Source: Mustelus asterias
Taxonomy: Eukaryota
Direction: 5' to 3'
Length of the DNA stretch: 64,000 nt
Assembly (NCBI RefSeq): GCF_964213995.1
Contig: NC_135826.1
Span: forward strand, 33,728,001 to 33,792,000
Below the pieces are notes generated by a model, which saw only the letters and a program-made list of their open reading frames with translations, was not told the origin of the DNA and searched no databases. Numbering within the stretch: the stretch's first letter is position 1; each line of letters opens with the position of its first letter. The position numbers and the translations under genes were made by a program. Shown piece after piece: positions 1-64,000 of this stretch.

Positions 1-1336
1 ATATGTATCTGCACATCTGGCTCCAAGGCTCCTCTTGAAGGGGGAGCTGCCTGAAGTCCCAATGGTGATAATGACGTCTTGTGGTGTTGCTGGGAATAGA
101 GGGCTGCTGCCATCTGATTAGCCAACAGCTATCAAAGGGAGGCTTCAGCATCAACGGTGGCTATGGTTCCACCTGAGACAAAACACCAGGTGGCTGGCTG
201 TAAAATTGGCTTTGCTGAACTAGCCAGATGGAGGTGGGGACACCCCTGACTTTAAACTGGGCAGGCAGGCCCACCGCTTCCAGTTGAAATTGTCTCGTAT
301 CAATCATAATAGTATGCTCTTTGCACTTAAGACATTAAAGTAGCAGGTACACAGTATTTCGATTGAAATAATGCTGTTGAGGAATGCACTCGTAAATGAT
401 TGGAAAGTGATGGAGGACACAACTACTCCCAATGCTTTATCCACTGTGACTGAGAGGTGGACAAGTAAGCTGAATCAACTGAGAGGCTTCAGCAATTATC
501 CATCGACTTGAGTCATGTCCCAAATGCAGCTACTCCTTCAAACCGGCATTGAGTTCTGGAGCAAATCACCTGCCATTGAATAAGCTCAGCCTTCGCCATG
601 TGCACAGCCACCAAAATATACAGAATGATGGAAGATTTCTGTCTGTCTTTCCAAATACCATGTAATGTACCAACATTCAAGGCATGGATTCAAAAATCTA
701 TACAACAAACAATTTATACATAAACATCACTTAATACTGTTGAAATCTCGTACTTTTTAATGTTTAAGGTTTTTGACAATAGTCAGCTTTCACCATCATT
801 CCCTCTTTGAACCTGAACACAACTTCAGGATTTGGTGCAAGCTCAGATTAATGGGGAAATGCTGAGGTTGTTGCCCCGGAACAGGGTTAGATCAGTCTGT
901 TCTGTGCATTGAAGAACACCATGGCTCACACATCCCCACTCCCATACATACAGCACCAGCAATTATTAGGAACTCCCCCTTTCTGCTCTTACATTGCTGA
1001 AAGGAAATCCCATAACCGTTAAGCTTCATTCTGATGAGGTGTATCTGAGTTTTTGATCTCCTGGTTGGCTGTCGATAAGAATACTTTGTGGTAGGCTCTT
1101 TGGACATCTTGATGACATTGGCACCAGGAGCCCCCATTAACTAATGGTACCAACAACTGCAGATTGAGAAATGTGTCGGTTTTTGCCACTGAGATTGTGG
1201 GACCTCTCAGTGAGGTTTTCTACGAGCTCAGAGATTCTCCCTTCACTGCTGTCTGCAAACATCAGACAATTCAATGATTCAGAGTTATGCTTAATATTTT
1301 GAAACTAATTAACCGCCTGGTATTTATATATGGCAG

Positions 1337-61745
<60,409 letters not shown>

Positions 61746-62410
61746 CAATAAAAAATAATCTTGGTAATAAATAGCTATCATGCAAATTACAAAGTGATTA
61801 AAATAGAAATAGCAAAGGACAGTTATGCAACTAAATGGAATGTATCTAAAATCAATTATATGCTGGAACTCTCCACATACCTCTATGATTATACTTGAAG
61901 AAAGCACTCAAAGAATAGATCGATTTTATAATGCTGACAGAATGTTTAGATATTAAACCAAAAAAACATCAAAAATGACAAATGGTTGAATTAGTTTGCA
62001 TTATGGATGTTTCCTTTGTGAATCAGTTGCCATAACTTATTGTTACTAATCAACTCTCTTCTTTATTATCTTAAATGTTACATTTATTTTTGTTGCCATT
62101 ACACAAATTTCAAGGATACAAACTTTGATAATATCATTAGCATTGTGCTCGAATGTTTTGATTGTATAATTATAGTGAGCTATTTAAAATAATTTTGAAG
62201 ACAGAAGAAATAGGTCAAGGTATTTATAAAATGATTATTTTTCTGGGTATTGAACACTTGCAAAGCTGTCTATTTTTGTAAATCATTTCATGTAATGTAA
62301 TCCGAGAAAAATCAACTTGATGAAACAATTGTTCACTTTGTATTTAATTCATAGTGTTATATGCTGAATGTTGTAACCTACATTAAAATTACATATTTTC
62401 TTCAATTAAG
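61746..62410 (+). other. AT-rich 3' UTR with candidate polyadenylation signals
   Basis: Repeat-free AT-rich stretch after the stop. AATAAA at 61747 and 61766, and ATTAAA at 62382 followed by T-rich sequence. The true 3' end is inferred. Confidence 0.5.
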
Positions 62411-63549
62411 AATTTTTGATTGGATTTATCATTGTCATTCAAGATTTATTTAAAATTTTCAGAGAACGTTAAACAGAAGAGTTTGTTTTAAAGTTGAGCA
62501 TCCTCGATCTAGGGTAGATAGTTCCAAAGGTTCACAATGTTTTCAGTGAAAGAACCTCTCCTCCTCTCAGTCCTAAAGTCCCCATATCCTGAAAGCAGGA
62601 AGATGTGGGGAAATGAATTACGAGACACATTGGCGTGGAGAAACATATGAGCCGGCTGGGGTTATGGCAAACCTGCTGGCTGGGGCTGGGGGGGGTTGGG
62701 TGATGGTAAGGTGGTGGGGGCTGGGGGAGGGGTAGGAGCATTCTGAAGTATGTGAGAAACAGCGTCCCAGCAACAGGTAATCCAGAACAGGGGATCCTGA
62801 AGTCTGGGGCAATTGGTCATCCTGCCTGAGCCTCTGCCCCTGTATTAATTTCAGAAACAATGGCTGGAATTTTACCATCCCGCCCACCACGGGAATCGGT
62901 GTGGGTGAGGGGCGGACTATGGAAAGTTCCATTGACCTCGGGCGGGGGTTTTCCAGGTTCGAGGCATGTGAGGCTGGAAAATCCCTCCCACTGGATGGGA
63001 TTCCCCTATCTTGTACATACCCACCTGACTGTCAGCGAGAATGGAGAATTTGGTGCTCAGCGTGTCTGTTTCTTCTGGGCGCTTTGGTTTCCTCCCACAC
63101 TCCAAAAATGTGTGGGTTGGTTGGATTGGCAATGATAAATTGCTCCCTTGTGTTAGGGGGACTAGCTGGGGTAAATCCATCGGGTTATGGGGATCGGGCC
63201 TGGGTGAGTTGTGGTCAGTGCAGGCTCAATGAGCCGAATGGCCTACTCAGGACCCAAACTTTAGACTTTAGTATTGTCATTACCACTCCCCTTGTCTTGT
63301 GTTCCCTGACATCTTTATCTTTTATTTTCTCTAACCTATCCCTGACGTGCTAATTTGCTCCACCTCTCCCTCCCCTTTTTTCCAACATAAAACCCACCAC
63401 CATTGTACCTCTCTTCAGTTCTGAAGAACAGTTATACTGACCTAGAAAATCTGTTTATCTCGCCACAGATGCTGCCAAACCTGCTCTGTTTTTTCTGTGT
63501 TTTCTGTTCTTATTTCAGACTTGCAGCATCCACAATATTTTGCTTTAAT

Positions 63550-63925
63550 CCCTTCAGGATTGTGTCTGTTTCAATGAGATCACCCCTCACTCTTACAAAT
63601 TCTATAAAGTACAGGTCCAATTTACACAATCTCCCGTCATGGGAAAACCATCTCATCCCAGGGACCAATCTAATGATTCTCTGCTGTGCCACCTTCAATG
63701 CAAATATATTCTTCCTTAAGTATGGCAACCAAAACTGCACTTAGACCTACAGGTGTGGTCTCACCAAAGCCCTGTACAACTGCAGCGAAGCTTCCTAATT
63801 CTTATACTCCAATCTTTTTGCAATAATGGACAATATGCCATTTGCCTTCCTAAACAATTCCTGTACCTCCATGCTAACTTCCTGAGTTCCTAGTATGTGC
63901 ATACCCAAGTCTCTCTCAATATCAA
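63550..63925 (-). mobile_element. old CR1 LINE fragment
   Basis: QFWLPYLRKNI.AL..QQR..RL.PGM..RVRGDLIET and ERDLG..KANGIL motifs. Confidence 0.8.
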
Positions 63926-64000
63926 CATTTACGAGCGACATGTAAAAGGCCAGGAAAGGGGATAAAAGGCAGGTACGCAATTTGGAGGATGTGGCCATGG

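Noticed and set aside
61747-61771. AATAAA immediately after the stop codon as the definite polyA site
   Set aside because: It is plausible but lies in generally A-rich sequence. It cannot be preferred over ATTAAA at 62382 without 3'-end data.

Overview
Eukaryotic (vertebrate) genomic DNA, almost certainly from an elasmobranch (shark), judged from abundant HE1/V-SINE-type SINEs, CR1 LINE tails and Penelope-like elements. Most of the supplied ORF track is noise. The real content is the 3' part of one long, multi-exon, plus-strand gene, which I reconstructed by hand from splice sites. It has 50 coding exons (1337..61745, about 1880 codons, frame open throughout, start codon upstream of the window). 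It encodes 12 tandem SEA modules (the first partial), Thr/Ser-rich mucin exons, a transmembrane helix and a short tail. Exon phasing, the Cys loop, the LDxxSLYVNG motif and the TM/tail motif match MUC16 (CA125), so I call it MUC16-like from recalled sequence, not from a search. The 5' end lies in a near-identical 6522-bp genomic tandem repeat (SEA plus PTS unit), and modules diverge towards the membrane. The last SEA module differs: it has a fused exon, lacks the loop Cys and has a G-SV candidate autocleavage site. The introns carry many mobile elements. These include Penelope-like elements with inverted pseudo-LTRs and minimal hammerhead ribozymes, a decayed Harbinger with its MITE family, a nested hAT element, solo LTRs, a young CR1 beside a splice acceptor, and fold-back palindromes. 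No prokaryotic-type system, CRISPR array, rRNA or tRNA gene is supported.
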